A stretch of DNA of 64,000 nucleotides from Mobula hypostoma. Lineage: Eukaryota. The stretch lies in the NCBI RefSeq assembly GCF_963921235.1, contig NC_086108.1, positions 39,434,001-39,498,000 of the forward strand, read 5' to 3'. The notes below the pieces were generated by a model, which had not been told where the DNA came from, did no database searches, and saw only the letters and a program-made list of their open reading frames with translations. Of this stretch, positions 1-10,861 are shown piece by piece (the first letter of the stretch is position 1; every line of letters begins with the position of its first letter). A program made the translations under genes and the position numbers.

Positions 1-375
1 CGTAGAAAGTTGAGGGGGGACTTGATAGAGGTATTTAAAATTATGAGGGGGATAGAGAGAGTTGACGTGGATAGGCTTTTTCCATTGAGAGTAGGGGAGA
101 TTCAACAAGAGGACATGAGTTGAGTGTTTAAGGGCAAAAGTTTAGGGGGAACTTCTTTACTTAGAGAGTGGTGGCTGTGTGGAACGAGCTTCCAGCAGAA
201 GTGGTTGAGGCAGGTTCGATATTGTCATTTAAAGTTAAATTGGATAGCTATATGGACAGGAAAGGAATGGAAGGTTATGGGCTGAGTGCAGGTCAGTGGG
301 TCTAGGTGAGAGTAAGCGTTCAGCACGGACTAGAAGGGCCGAGATGGCCTGTTTCTGTGCTGTAATTGTTATATA
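1..375 (+). mobile_element. CR1-type LINE, 3' end fragment (ORF2 C-terminus and 3' UTR)
   Basis: Frame 1 reads RRKLRGDLIEVFKIMRGIERVDVDRLFPL, then FFT-RVV-VWNELP. This matches the CR1 C-terminus seen at 9866-10501. Confidence 0.85.
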
Positions 376-1065
376 GTTAATTGGGGCAGGAGTCTTGTTA
401 AACAGTTTCTATCTAGTGTCAGTCATGTGCACTTGTGTGGCATTAGACACTACACTGTGCTTAGAGCAATCAGTTTTTAAATAGCATCAGTTGTTTGTGT
501 TTATGTTCAAAAAGCTGTGACTTTTGTCACTGGTAGTTGTCGAGAAATAAGCAGTAAGACAATTCAGAACTGATTTGCTCACTGCGGTTTTAAGCATTCA
601 AACTTCAAGATGCCAGACATGGCTGGGAGTGAAAATAAAACAATTCCAATACTTCAACATGTTAGGAACTACAAAGAATTTGTTGATATCGACAATCATC
701 TTGAATATTACAATGAAACTGCAGAATGGTAAGATAAAATTTTCGAAAGCATGCTATGAAGACTGTCCATTATCTGCACTGATTTGTTCAATCAAAAAAA
801 CCTGGCAGTGTACACTGAATGAATTAGTTCGTCGATAACTTAAGGAACTAGTACACAGTATTATAGTACTGTAGTTGTATTGGTAATGTTCTACTTTGTT
901 CTGTATTTCAGTTAAATACATAATTTGTCACCTTTAAATGGTAGTATGTCTTTTTATACCTTTTTAACTATTTCGATGAAACTTCGGCTAATTGGGGCAG
1001 CTGCTTAATTGGGCCAAAATGTATTGGTCACGATGTGTCCCAATTAACCAGGATGCACTTTACTG
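376..1065. mobile_element. Possible degraded non-autonomous DNA transposon (Tc1/pogo-like); left end probably interrupted by the CR1
   Basis: TAATTGGG motifs recur at ~378, ~989 and ~1006, with the inverted form CCCAATTAA at ~1039 near the right end. This resembles subterminal repeats. No transposase ORF is present, and the family assignment is inferred. Confidence 0.35.
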
Positions 1066-1581
1066 AACGTAATATATACTCAGAATTCATTGGCTAAAGG
1101 AAACAGAAGGTACTTTGATATCTGGGACATGTCTGTCTCCAGTATTTATCAGAAATATTGTTTACTGTGACAAAGGGATCTCTTAAAAACATGTTGAATG
1201 TTGTTATGGAACTATATTTCTGTCCACTTTAATTGAATTAGTAATTTATGTCTTATGCAGAATAAAAAGCACTTGATAGCTCATTTAAACAATTTGAAGT
1301 GAGATCTGGGGCCCTGTCACACTCAGTGAACAACATTGTCATTGATTCCATTGTCTTTGCCAAATTTGTAGATGAAATATGTGTTTCCTTTTGTTCTTTA
1401 AATGTGTTGTATACCACCCATCTGAAAACAAAGGAGCCGCTATTTCATCAGAACAGTCTGTTTTACAGAGCAGCTTATCCGTCTGGTGCCTGCAGATTAT
1501 CATTTTCCCCTTGAGATATGAAGGAACTTGCAATCCAAGAATGCTTTGTGTTTATGGAAAATGAGCTCCAGGATCTCCGGT

Positions 1582-1732
1582 TCACATTGAAGTCGTTCTA
1601 GTGTCTTCTGGTGAAGAAACCAAGAGCCTCTTCACAGCTGCTCCTTCTGGCAAAGTTTCAAGGCAGTCCAGCCACAACGGGGTCCTCAGGTTAGTTGTGA
1701 GCGAAGTCTGAAAAGAGCTTTCTTGTGGGGTC
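1582..1732 (-). CDS. Candidate terminal exon of a speculative minus-strand gene model (TPQESSFQ...TRTTSM*)
   Basis: Acceptor ggtttcAG|G is phase 2, matching the 3144-3376 candidate, and the frame is open for 49 codons to TGA. No homology recognised. Confidence 0.2.
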
Positions 1733-2039
1733 CTGAAACCTTAAACATCATTTGGCTGGTGCAGAAGTTTCAGTTTCCAACCAGAATGTTTGGACCAAGC
1801 TGTCTGAGGTGACAGTGCATGAAGAATGCTTTAGTAATGATTAATTTCTTTTATAGTATGGTACGTTCTTTTCTGTGCTGTCACAGTCAAGGACATCCCT
1901 CTGAAAGTAAAGATCGGAGGACTTATCATGGATGGAGAGACAGTTAGTACCCATTTTGAGGAATTCATCAGCTAAAAGACTATCTTTAAGGTGAGTGCCC
2001 TTGACTCTGAATCATGGCACATTATCCAACACACTTCAG

Positions 2040-2420
2040 CTAGGAAAGGAGCTGGAAGGCCAATATAGCAATGAAAATTCCAGCTGAAGTTCTGAAGGTG
2101 ATGGTAGGGAAATTTAGACATGCATTCGTGAACTCATCTCCCACATTCGCAAAGAGGAAAATGGCACCCTGATCAGCTTGGAGGAATTGCTAGGACAATG
2201 TAGTCAGCCATGAGGTAGCTTCTTGTGTTTGGTGTTTAATTAACTTGCTGCATATCTTGGCCATTCTCATCATAACAGTCCTGAAGCTAAGAGTCTCTCC
2301 ACAGGGGCAAATTGTGATGGAGTTCAAGGCAGTCCAGATGTGGTTCTTGATGATGGAGTGGTTAGGTTGTCGGTGAGGCAGTGTTTAAGACGAAGCATCT
2401 GTGTGAGCTTCTTAAGACCT
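2040..2420. mobile_element. Highly degraded LINE fragments (RTE-like)
   Basis: An IPAEVLK-like motif at ~2077 precedes a LI..I.KEE-like stretch, typical of the region before the RT domain. The remainder is too decayed to classify. Confidence 0.3.
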
Positions 2421-2439
2421 TTCAGAAATGTAACACTAT

Positions 2440-2650
2440 TACAATTCCAGATACAATTCTGCTGCTGTCTGTGAGGAGTTTTATCTTCTCTCCATTATCA
2501 GTGGGTTTCATCCGGGTGCTCTGGTTTCCTCCCACATTGTAAAGATATATGGGTTGGTAGGTTAATTTGTCACATGGGTGTAGTTGGGCAGGGCAGGTTC
2601 TTTGGGACATAAGGGCCTGTTATAGTGCTCTATCTCCAAATAAATAAATG
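2440..2650 (+). mobile_element. V-SINE-like element (5' degraded)
   Basis: Contains the V-domain-like core GGGTTTCATCCGGGTGCTCTGGTTTCCTCCCACA and ends in an AAATAAATAAAT tail. Confidence 0.7.
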
Positions 2651-3143
2651 ATCCAAATTCAGTTTAGTGCATTACTGTTGTGAAAATAATTAAAAGTGAC
2701 CTTGTCATTTGTCACAGAGCTGAGCAGTGCCACTGTGATTAGGGAAAGATTAAAAGACCGGGCACTATTAAAGACTAAATTAAGTTTATGTTGTTGTATA
2801 ACTAGGTTTCAAATAGATTTTGTCATTTTAAACCTAAGTAAGAGAATTTGTATTTTATGCCGTCCTTTTCTCTCATCTCCCACTTTCACTACTTCCTATG
2901 AAGACATTTGATGTTGGTACTTTCAACACAAGTCCAAAAAGTCATGTCACTTATCAGATATCTAGTTAGTATGAAAAGTTACAGAGAAATAAGGGGAGAG
3001 TTCAGCCAAACCAATTTCATTTCGGAAACAAATAGGCTCATCCAACTACTAGGAAAAGTTTGGAAACTCTAACTGTGTTTGCTTTGCCATGCAAAACAAC
3101 GTTCTCAGTGGGTCTATCCTGCATTTGCGGACTTTTGACTTAC

Positions 3144-3376
3144 TTAAAACCTTGAAAGTTTGTAATGTCTACCCGCATATTCATCCCAATGCTATCACAT
3201 CTAGGCATTGTGAGAAATGTGCTGAGAGCAGTTTGCAGGTGCTGAAGATTTGGCCATAAGTTGAGCCTGGATCCCAGCTGCAGAATGAGCAGCACCAAAT
3301 GTAGGCAGAGTCCGGACCTGGAGCTGGAGTTGGGATCACTGTGTGAAAGACAGACTGCTGCTTTACAACGACAGGC
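3144..3376 (-). CDS. Candidate internal exon (233 nt) of the speculative minus-strand model
   Basis: Acceptor ccttgcAG|GCC and donor AA|GTAAGT bound an open frame ACRCKAAVCL...NFQGF. A strong plus-strand donor (AAG|GTGAGT, 3383/3384) overlaps the acceptor, so the strand is ambiguous. Confidence 0.25.
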
Positions 3377-3519
3377 CTGCAAGGTGAGTCGGGGCTGCTC
3401 TGTCCTTGAAGTCTGTGTAGTCCCCTTATTCCCAATCAGACAAGGTCTCCCAGCTACAGCATTAACATGTTTGTGCAACCACCTTTTATCTATATGCACA
3501 CATCTGTATGTGGGATTTG

Positions 3520-3930
3520 CAGGCTAAACCAGCATTTAATTGTCCATCCCATGATGTCCTAGGGAAGGTAGAGGTGAGCTGCTTTCTTGAACTGTTGCAG
3601 TCCTTCAGATATGGGCATAATCACAGTGCACTTAGGGGAAAGTGCTCCAGGATTTTGAACCAGTGGTAGTGCAGAATGGGGACAGGTTTCCAACTCAGGT
3701 TGGAGTGTGGCTTGGAGGACTAGTTCTAGGTGGTGGTGGTTTGCCCAGTGCCTTTGCTGCCCTTGCCCCTCCAGCTGGTAACGATTATGTGTTTGGAAGG
3801 GACTGTCTCAGCAGTCTTGGTGAGTTGCTGCAGTACATCTTGTAGACGGGACAAACTGCTAATGGTGTCTGTAGTGAGGCAACTTAGTGTTGTGGATAGG
3901 GTGCCTAGCAAAATGGGCACCCTATCCTCA
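3520..3930 (-). mobile_element. Degraded LINE (CR1/L2-like) 3' fragment
   Basis: Recognised by resemblance to a common elasmobranch LINE 3' region (GCATTTAATTGTCCATCCC...GAGCTGCTTTCTTGAACTG...CCAGGATTTTGAACCAG). No intact ORF. Confidence 0.4.
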
Positions 3931-4799
3931 ACTCTATTAAAGTCTTATTTGGAGATCAAGTTTAGAGGACTTTCCAAGGCATTTGCCTAGAAATGTGATT
4001 TTGAGGTGAAGTTGCTCTTACATACATGGGTTTTAATGCATGGAAGGCTCCTACAAACCACAGAGAGGAGAAGGTGTCTCGATGGTTACGTGTGCACCAT
4101 TGAAGTGGCTGTGTGTTGTTTTCCCTCTTCAGAGATCCAGTTCCATGAAGTCTCTGTGTGGCATTTAGTCATCAAGACAGAAGTACTTCCCTGTGTGCCT
4201 CAGTGGAATCTCCACCTGGACTGTTGGGCAGATCATTGCACAAGCTTATAGTGTGTTTTGTTAACTAATGCAGAAGCAAATTTGGTACCTTGGTCTGGCT
4301 TGAAGTATTTGAATGTATGACAGAGTGCAGGGTTTGTTTTAGAAGCAAATGTGCCTTACAAGTATTAAAATGCTTCCATAATGCAAAACCTAACTTGCAA
4401 CCTGGAGATAACGCCATCATTGTGACCCCCATTGTATCAGTTTACTTCTCAGCTAGGGAAGACCAGCGAATGGAGAGGGGAGAACAGGAGATGGTCAGAA
4501 GATTGGGGTGGGGAGGAGAGATGGCATATTGGCAGGGACAGACATCTCAGAGAAAATAAATCAGAGGAAGGGAAGGAAACAAAGATTAGTTGGAGAGAAA
4601 ACTGAGGTGTTCTGAACATGGTAGTACAGGGAGCAGTCGGAGGTGTGGGGGTGTTGGTGGGGAGGGAGAGCAGAACCCAGATGAGAATACAGAACGTGTT
4701 CTTCACTCTCTGTTAGACGACTCTCCTGTTTCTCCCCAACCCTCCTTTACAGCTGCACCAGACTCTCTCTTCCTCCTCCCTACATACTAAAATCTTGCT

Positions 4800-5075
4800 C
4801 TTTATTTTTATTTTATTTAGAGATACAGTGTGGAACAGTGTTCGTCCCTTTCAGCCACAACACCAGCAACCCCCGATTTGGCCCTAGCCTAATCACAGAA
4901 TAATTTACAATGACAATGAACCTGCTGACCGGTATGTCTTTGGAACATGGGAGGAAACCAGAGCACCCAGAAGAAACCCATGGGGAGGACATACAAACTC
5001 CCCGCAGAGGATGCCGGGGTTGAACTCCAACTCCGACGCCCTGAGCTGTAATAGCATGGCACTAATCACTATTGT
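4800..5075 (-). mobile_element. V-SINE-like element
   Basis: Reverse complement of the V core (TGGGAGGAAACCAGAGCACCCAGAAGAAACCC), with a (TTTTA)n tail at 4800-4819. Confidence 0.7.
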
Positions 5076-5114
5076 GGCTCTTGAACCACCTCCATCAACC
5101 CCATCCACCATTCT

Positions 5115-6782
5115 TAGACCTCCAAATAACCGGGTGCTGTGTTTTACCGTGGCTGATGTGAGGAGAACCCTGTACAGGGTCAACCCATGGAAGGCTGCTG
5201 GACCAGACAATATTCCTGGCAGAGTGCTTAGAGGATGTGAAGACCAGCTAGCAGATATTCTCAATGATGTCTTCAACATCTCCCTGAGCAGCGCCGTCGT
5301 TCCTACATGCTTCAAGGCTGCCACCATCGTCCCCGTGCCGAAGAAGTCTTCAGTGTCCTGCCTCCACAACTACCATCCCGTTGAACTCACATCTATCATC
5401 ATGAAGTGTTTCGAGAGGCTCGTCATGAGGCACATCAAGACCCTGCTGCCCCCCTCACTGGACCCCCTGCAGTTCGCATACCATCCCAACCGTTCAACAG
5501 ACGACGCCATTGCCATCACCCTCCACCTGGCCCTAACCCACCTGGACAAAAAAGACACGTACGTTCGAATGCTGTTCGTAGACTTCAGTTCAGCATTCAA
5601 CACAATCATTCCTCAAAAACTGATTGGAAAGCTGAGCCTACTGGGCCTGAACACCTCCCTCTGCAGCTGGATCCTAGACTTCCTGACTGGGAGACCTCAG
5701 TCAGTCTGGATTGGAAGCAGCATCTCCAACATCATCACACTGAGCACAGGGGCCCCCCAGGGCTGTGTGCTCAGTCCACTGCTGTTCACTCTGCTGACCC
5801 ACGACTGTGTTGCAACACACAGCTCAAACCACATCATCAAGTTCGCAGATGACACGACCGTGGTGGGTCTCATCAGCGAGAACGATGAGTCAGCATACAG
5901 AGAGAAGGTGCAGCGGCTAACGGACTGGTGCAGAGCCAACAATCTGTCTCTGAATGTGAACAAAACAAAAGAGATGGTTGTTGACTTCAGGAGGACATGG
6001 AACAACCACTCTCCGCTGAAAATCGACGACTCCTCCATAGTGATCGTTAAGAGCACCAAATTTCTTGGCGTTCACCTGGTGGAGAATCTCACCTGGTCCC
6101 TCAACACCAGCTCCATTGCAAAGAAAGCCCAGCAGCATCTCTACTTTCTGCGAAGGCTGAGAAAAGTCCATCACCCACCCCCGCATCCTCACCACATTCT
6201 ACAGAGGTTGTATTGAGAGCATCCTGAGCAGCTGCGTCACTGCCTGGTTCGGAAATTGCACCATCTCGGATCGCAAGACCCTGCAGCGGATAGTGAGGTC
6301 AGCTGAGAAGATCATCGGGGTCTCTCTTCCCGCCATTACAGACATTTACACCACACGCTGCATCCACAAAGCAAACAGCATTATGAAGGACCCCACGCAC
6401 CCCTCATACAAACTCTTCTCCCTCCTGCCATCTGGCAAAAGGCACCAAAGCATTCGGGCTTTCACGACCAGACTATGTAACAGTTTCTTCCTCAATACCC
6501 AGAGCCTGGACTGACATCAACCTACTGCCCTCTACTGTGCTTAATGTCTTGTTTATTATTTATTGTAATGCCTGCACTGTTTTGTGCACTTTATGCAGTC
6601 CTGGGTAGGTCTGTTGTCTAGTGTAGTTTTTGTGTTATTTTACATATTTCAGAGTAGTTTTTGTATTGTTTCATGTAGCACCATGGTTCTGAAAAACGTT
6701 GTCTCGTTTTAACTCTGTGCTGTACCAGCGGTTATGGTCAAAATGACAATAAAAAGTGACTTGACTTGAATTGACTTGACTT
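5115..6782 (+). mobile_element. Rex1/Babar-type LINE, 5'-truncated, with a nearly intact reverse transcriptase
   Basis: ORF 5011-6216 contains [38 protein letters not shown] and KFADD. A frameshift near 6180 continues into ORF 6293-6514. The 3' tail is (GACTT)n at 6758-6782. Confidence 0.9.
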
Positions 6783-6934
6783 AAGTACATGGACCAAATC
6801 CCCCACTAGTAAACTAAATTATGCTCTATAAACAGCAATGGGTTGACTTCTGGGAAGCATCAAGTGATACGAATGGACTGGAAGTCCTGATATTAATCAT
6901 TTTGCATTCTAAAAGGTAACCAACCCTACAGATC

Positions 6935-7150
6935 GTGAGCAACACACACAAAGTGTTGGAGGAACTCAGCAAGTCAGACAGCAAGTATAAAGGAAAAAAA
7001 AGTCAACATTTTGGACCAAGACCCTTCATCAGGAATCAAAAGGAAGAAGGAAGAAGCCACAATAAGATGTCACACTCTGATGAAAGATCTTCATGTCTGT
7101 TTCCAACTTCTGGGGTGCTACCTGAACTGCTGAATGCTTCCAGGATTATA
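6935..7150. mobile_element. Short Penelope-like terminal-repeat derivative with inverted, decayed ends
   Basis: TTGGAGGAACTCAGCAAGTCAGACAGCA...GACCCTTCATCAGG is homologous to the terminus at 14103-14209. A decayed inverse copy lies at ~7075-7145. Confidence 0.55.
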
Positions 7151-7549
7151 CATCTCACCACTCACTTATTGATATGGAGAAGATTTACAGAGAGGCTGAA
7201 CATGGTTGTACCTAAGTTGTCTTGCTTCTTGGAGAACCCTGCCCTTCCTCACATTAATGGGTAGATGCCATTGTTAAAACTAGAGTGGAACTACTTGGTT
7301 TGGGAGCAGTGAGCTAACTGGCTCTTACTGTGTCCAGAGCTCTCACCGATTACTGCAATTAATCTGACCTATTTTCGAAAAGGGGATAAATAGGCCAGAC
7401 CTATCAACCAAATGCAGGTGGTGTGAAACATTTACTGGAAATAATCAGTACCAAAATTAAGTGCTATTTGGAAAACATTGGTGCTGCTTTCTGCATTCAG
7501 TAAAAACTCAATGTCATTACTTTTGCAGTTAGTTTCCTTCATACGTTCC

Positions 7550-8090
7550 ATCTCTGACTCTTCCTTTTCTGAATCTCTGTAACTCAGCCTCAGGGATGGG
7601 CTAGTCACTAACATCCACTCCAAGCCATAACTACCTTGATTATATTTCCCCTGACCCTATCTCCTGTAAGGACTTCATCCCATTCTCTCAATTTTTCCTT
7701 CTCTGTCACATTTTCTTTGCTGATGAGACAGTCCACACTGCCTCCGAAATGTCTTCCTTCTTTAACCATGACTTGCCCTGTACTATAGCAGAATGAGTAT
7801 TTGACCACATCTCATCTATTTACTGCAGCTCTGGTTTCAATCCTTCTCCTGGACAGAGCGATAAAAGGGTTCCCCTGGTCTAAGGGTTCCCAACCTTCTT
7901 TAAGCCATGGACCAATACTATTAAATAAGAGGTCCGTGAACTCGAAGTTGTAAATGCATGCCTTGGTCCTTACCTACCCTACCCTACCCTAGCTACCCTA
8001 GAAAACTGTGATTCAACAGAACACCTTCTGCAACCTTTGCCAGCTCCAGCAAGGAATCATATTGCCCTCCCCTCTCTACATTTTGAAATG
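7550..8090 (+). mobile_element. Old Penelope-like element fragment, interrupted by a MITE and followed by a CR1; probably resumes at 10605-10830
   Basis: Decayed RT-thumb-like motifs (YLDY.S...SCKD.IPFSQF, RVPLV-LTY). The 10605-10830 segment reads FQVKHHFTYTSSSVV, the region preceding the GIY-YIG motif. Confidence 0.55.
7881..7960. mobile_element. 80-bp hAT-like MITE, copy 1
   Basis: Left end AGGGTTCCCAAC. The 8-bp flanks CCCTGGTC (7873-7880) and CCTTGGTC (7961-7968) match at 7/8 positions. Confidence 0.65.
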
Positions 8091-8099
8091 TTTCTTCAA

Positions 8100-10604
8100 G
8101 GCGACTTTAAACTAGAATGGTTGGGGGGTGGGAATCAAATTAAAGAGGCTAGGCGTGAGGAGGTTAGTTCACAACAGGGGGATGGGAACCAGTGCAGAGA
8201 GACAGAGGGGTGTAAAGTGAGGGTAGAAGCAAAAAGTACAAAGGAGAAAAATAAAAGTGGCAGGCCGACAAATCCAGGGCAAGCATTAAAAAGGGCCACT
8301 TTTCAACATAATTGTATAAGGGCTAAGAGAGTTGTAAAAGAGCGCCTGAAGGCTTTATGTGTCAATGCAAGGAGCATTCATAATAAGGTGGATGAATTGA
8401 AAGTGCAGATTGTTATTAATGATTATGATATAGTTGGGATCACAGAGACATGGCTCCAGGGTGACCAGGGATGGGAGCTCAACGTTCAGGGATATTCAAT
8501 ATTCAGGAGGGATAGACATGAAGGAAGGGGAGGTGGGGTGGCGTTGCTGGTTAAAGAAGAGATTAACGCAATAGAAAGGAAGGACATAAGCCGGGAAGAT
8601 GTGGAATCGATATGGGTAGAGCTGCGTAACACTAAGGGGCAGAAGACGCTGGTGGGAGTTGTGTACAGGCCACCTAACAGTAGTAGTGAGGTCGGAGATG
8701 GTATTAAACAGGAAATTAGAAATGTGTGCAATAAAGGAACAGCAGTTATAATGGGTGACTTCAATCTACATGTGGACTGGGTGAACCAAATTGGTAAAGG
8801 TGCTGAGGAAGAGGATTTCTTGGAATGTATGCGGGATGGTTTTTTGAACCAACATGTCGAGGAACCAACGAGAGAGCAGGCTATTCTGGACTGGGTTTTG
8901 AGCAATGAGGAAGGGTTAATTAGCGATCTTGTCGTGAGAGGCCCCTTGGGTAAGAGTGACCATAATATGGTGGAATTCTTCATTAAGATGGAGAGTGAGA
9001 TAGTTAATTCAGAAACAAAGGTTCTGAACTTAAAGAGGGGTAATTTTGAAGGTATGAGACGTGAATTAGTTAAGATAGACTGGCAAATGACACTTAAAGG
9101 ATTGACGGTGGATATGCAATGGCAAGCATTTAAAGGTTGCATGGATGAACTACAACAATTGTTCATCCCAGTTTGGCAAAAGAATAAATCAAGGAAGGTA
9201 GTGCACCTGTGGCTAACGAGAGAAATTAGGGATAGTATCAATTCCAAAGAAGTAGCATACAAATTAGCCAGAGAAAGTGGCTCACCTGAGGACTGGGAGA
9301 AATTCAGAGTTCAGCAGAGGAGGACAAAGGGCTTAATTAGGAAGGGGAGAAAAGATTATGAGAGAAAACTGGCGGGGAACATAAAAACGGACTGTAAAAG
9401 CTTTTATAGATATGTAAAAAGGAAAAGACTGGTAAAGACAAATGTAGGTCCCCTGCAGACAGAAACAGGTGAATTGATTATGGGGAGCAAGGACATGGCA
9501 GACCAATTGAATAATTACTTTGGTTCTGTCTTCACTAAGGAGGACATAAATAATCTTCCAGAAATAGTAAGGGACAGAGGGTCCAGTGAGATGGAGGAAC
9601 TGAGTGAAATACATGTTAGTAGGGAAGTGGTGTTAGATAAATTGAAGGGATTGAAGGCAGATAAATCCCCAGGGCCAGATGGTCTGCATCCTAGAGTGCT
9701 TAAGGAAGTAGCCCAAGAAATAGTGGATGCATTAGTGATAATTTTTCAAAACTCGTTAGATTCTGGACTAGTTCCTGAGGATTGGAGGGTGGCTAATGTA
9801 ACCCCACTTTTTAAAAAAGGAAAACAGATTATTATCTGAATGGTGGCCGATTAGGAAAAGGGGAGGTGCAACGAGACCTGGGTGTCATTATACACCAGTC
9901 ATTGAAAGTGGGCATGCAGGTACAGCAGGCGGTGAAAAAGGCGAATGGTATGCTGGCATTTATAGCGAGAGGATTCGAGTACAGGAGCAGGGAGGTACTA
10001 CTGCAGTTGTACAAGGCCTTGGTGAGACCACACCTGGAGTATTGTGTGCAGTTTTGGTCCCCTAATCTGAGGAAAGACATCTTTGCCATAGAGGGAGTAC
10101 AAAGAAGGTTCACCAGATTGATTCCTGGGATGGCAGGACTTTCATATGAAGAAAGACTGGATGAACTGGGCTTGTACTCGCTGGAATTTAGAAGATTGAG
10201 GGGGGATCTGATTGAAACGTATAAAATCCTAAAGGGATTGGACAGGCTAGATGCAGGAAGATTGTTCCCGATGTTGGGGAAGTCCAGAACGAGGGGTCAC
10301 AGTTTGAGGATAGAGGGGAAGCCTTTTAGGACCGAGATTAGGAAAAACTTCTTCACACAGAGAGTGGTGAATCTGTGGAATTCTCTGCCACAGGAAACTG
10401 TTGAGGCCAGTTCATTGGCTATATTTAAGAGGGAGTTAGATATGGCCCTTGTTGCTACGGGGGTCAGGGGGCATGGAGGGAAGGCTGGGGCAGGGTTCTG
10501 AGTTGGATGATCAGCCATGATCATAATAAATGGCGGTGCAGGCACGAAGGGCCGAATGGCCTAATCCTGCACCTATTTTCTATGTTTCTATGTTTCTATG
10601 TTTC
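8100..10604 (+). mobile_element. Young CR1 LINE ORF2 (APE endonuclease intact) with an internal deletion of the RT core
   Basis: ORF 8037-9839 contains NARSI, GITETWL, GGGVALL, GDFN, SDH, KSPGPDGLHPRVLKE and WRVANVTPLFKKG. It then jumps to DYYLNG...QRDLGV (ORF 9866-10501). The tail is (TTCTATGT)n at ~10577-10604. Confidence 0.92.
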
Positions 10605-10861
10605 ACACCATGGTCCACTTTCCATTCCCACTCCCTGTCGTGTGGCACGTTCCAATGCAACCACAGGCAAAAAAATACTTGCTCTTTCAGCTTTTTCCAG
10701 GAAGCAAAACAGTTTTCCAGGTGAAACATCATTTCACTTACACCTCTTCCAGTGTAGTGCATTCAGTGTTCACAGTGCATTCTCCTCTCATTGCTGTGAC
10801 CCTGAGCTTCCAGTTGTCTGCCAAACCTGCAGGAGAAAGAGTCCAGGAGAACCTGGCCCTC

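Noticed and set aside
3623..3662. CACAGTG as a V(D)J recombination signal heptamer
   Set aside because: There is no ACAAAAACC-like nonamer at 12 or 23 bp, it lies in a LINE remnant, and no V or J segment is adjacent.
8037..8100. Start of the 600-aa ORF as a genuine fused N-terminus
   Set aside because: It is read-through from flanking decayed Penelope-like sequence into the CR1 frame, from a non-ATG start.
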